The notes beneath the pieces were generated by a model. The model worked only from the letters and a program-made list of their open reading frames with translations, was not told where the DNA came from and searched no databases. From NCBI GenBank assembly GCA_031835245.2, contig JAVKOQ020000046.1:124001-188000 (forward strand): DNA of 64,000 nucleotides. Direction: 5' to 3'. A program made the position numbers and the translations under genes. Every line of letters starts with the position of its first letter. The stretch's first letter is position 1. This document shows, piece after piece, positions 61,841-64,000 of the stretch. This DNA comes from Balamuthia mandrillaris (lineage: Eukaryota).

Positions 61841-64000
61841 ATGGAAGAGGATGGCGCTCGCACGAAGGACTCATTCTCCGAGAATGGAGGAGGAGGAGGA
61901 GGAGGAGGAGGAGGTGGAGAAGGAGTGGCAGAGGAACAAAGAGGAGGAGGAGCTGACGCTGGAGCTGAACGCGTTCGTAACCTCCTCTACCACCACCTCC
62001 GCCACCACCAACAGCCTCATCGACAAAGACTGCACAACCATTACCAGCAGCAACAAAGTCGCTCCGAGGAGGAGAGCACGCACAAAAGAGCCAGTGCTGA
62101 GCTCGAACAAAACAACGAAGAGGAGGAAGAGGAGGCTGAACAGAGGGAAGAGGACAAAAGAGGAGGAGGAGGGACTCGAGATGAAGGAGCGGCAGACCTG
62201 CAGCGGAGAAGAGAGTTTTACCAACAGGCGGAAGCCTTCAAACGAAGAAGACTCAGCTTGCCTGCGACTGGCCTTTCTCTTCACCCCTCTTCCATGGGTG
62301 CGAGCGGTTTTGGAGGAGCACACCCCGCCATGTCAGTCGTGCCTAGGCAGGGACAGCTCGTGTCCACGGGAGGCGGTGGCCCTCCTGTTGGTGGCATGGT
62401 GCCTCCCCCGCTGATGCCGTGGAAGCCTGTCACCAATCCTTCCAAGTTGGTTGGCCCTACTTCACAGACGTGCGTTGTTTCTTTGCATTTTTTTTGTTTT
62501 TTTTTCTCCTTTTTGTCGTCACTTTCTTCTTCTGTTCTTTGTGTTTAGTAATGACTGGCATATATAGTGTGTTGAGAAGATTTCATCTAGACTCGGTTGT
62601 GAAGTTGTTTGTTGTCTCTACAGAGCCAAACTATTCCATGCCAGTACGTCTGTTCTCACGCTCTTGCATTCTCCGATACTTACTCTTTTTTCTTTGTTTT
62701 TAGTGGCAGATGAAGAAGCAGCGACATTCTACATCATCAGGTTTTGTAATAGCTGGAAGAAGGCTGTTGACGAACGCACATGCAGTTGCCTACCAAACTT
62801 CAATAATGATCAGGAGGCATGGCGATGCCAGAAAATATGCAGCACAGGTGGATATTGTTTCCTTGCTCTTTCTTTTTGCGCTCTTTCTTCTTCTTCTCAT
62901 ACAAATTCTCCTACATGCAATGAAGGTGGTGGCAGTAGGGCATGAATGCGATCTTGCTCTCCTTACAGTACAAGAAGATTCTTTCTGGGACGGATTGAAA
63001 CCTTTGCAATTCGGTGGTGTGCCGGTATGGATTTCTATTCTTTTCTGCTCTAGTTTGTTTTTTAACATATTAATGATTCCAATAGCATTTGCAAGAGGCG
63101 GTGACAGTGGTAGGTTATCCTACCGGCGGAGACAACATCTCTGTCACAACGGGAATCGTTTCCAGAGTTGACATGACCACCTACAGTCACTCTGGAATGA
63201 AGCTTTTAGCCATCCAAATCGATGCTGGTACTCTTTCGTTCTTATATTTTTTCTTCCTCCTTTCTCTCTATCTCTTTCCGGCTTTTTAATCTCCTAACAC
63301 TATTCTTAGCCATCAACTCGGGGAACAGTGGAGGACCGGCCTTCAATAAAACTTTAGATTCAGTGGTAGGAGTTGCCTTTGAAACCTTGTTGGATGCTGA
63401 GAACATTGGCTATATCATTCCCACTTTTGTCATCCAACATTTTCTGGGAGACATCGAGAAGAATGACACCTTTTTGGGTTTTTGTGACTATGGCATTACC
63501 GCCCAAACGACTGAGAATCCTCAACTGAAGCAGTACATGCATCTCAACAACGCGAGGGCTGGTATTCTAATCAACAGGGTTGCACCATTGGCTCCCATCG
63601 CCAAAGTTGCTCAGAAAACCGACATCATTCTCAAAGTAGATGACGTTGAGGTCTATATTATTCTGCTTTCGTCTCTTCCTGCTTCTTCATAGTTCAGACA
63701 AAGCTAACAGCAGGTTACACAAAACCAGATTGCTGATGATGGAACAATACCATTCCGCGACGGAGAGCGAATATCTTTTCGGTATATATTGATGAGCAAG
63801 CACAAAGGCGACAACCTGCGATTGACTCTCTGGAGAGATGCCAAAGAGGTCGAGGTGAGCATCCAAATGGAACCCATTCGACACTTGGTGCCCATTCATC
63901 AATACGACGAGATGCCCAGCTATTTTACCGTCGCCGGGCTTGTTTTTGTCCCTCTTTCTCGACCTTACTTACGGTACCCTTGCTTCTGCTCCTCTCTCCT
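61841..64000 (+). CDS. Deg/HtrA serine protease with PDZ domains (plant Deg2/9/10-like), spliced, runs off window
   Basis: [30 protein letters not shown] (His), ECDLALL (Asp), [27 protein letters not shown] (Ser), [15 protein letters not shown]. Confidence 0.93.

Overview
Gene-dense, intron-rich eukaryotic nuclear DNA with GT-AG introns filled with CT/CTT microsatellites. The style suggests a free-living amoebozoan such as Balamuthia (inference, not tested). About 25 protein genes and one initiator tRNA-Met are supported. Recognisable genes: ABTB1-like ANK-BTB, DUF1295, NUDT19-like, homeobox, DRS1/DDX27, ADI1, NLE1, Kelch-BTB, TBC1D7, calcineurin A, saccharopine dehydrogenase, HRQ1/MrfA-like DUF1998 helicase, C2-GRAM-C2, LIM, fasciclin and a Deg/HtrA protease. 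Most notable: (1) an SH2-LRR-RapGAP protein whose SH2 exon the ORF track misses; (2) an RCC1-BTB-BTB protein that splices in frame onto a C-terminal Cro/C1 (MBF1-like) HTH; (3) an intronless two-gene F-box island, one gene with giant-virus-type ankyrin repeats and the other broken by a locally templated inverted/tandem insertion; (4) an EGF plus GPS/ZU5-like surface protein; (5) a Bacteroidetes-like saccharopine dehydrogenase with a mitochondrial-type presequence and two apparent 1-nt deletions; (6) a recurrent TGTCGAC(A) motif upstream of genes. Spliced CDS features are given as gene spans; exon boundaries were read by eye.
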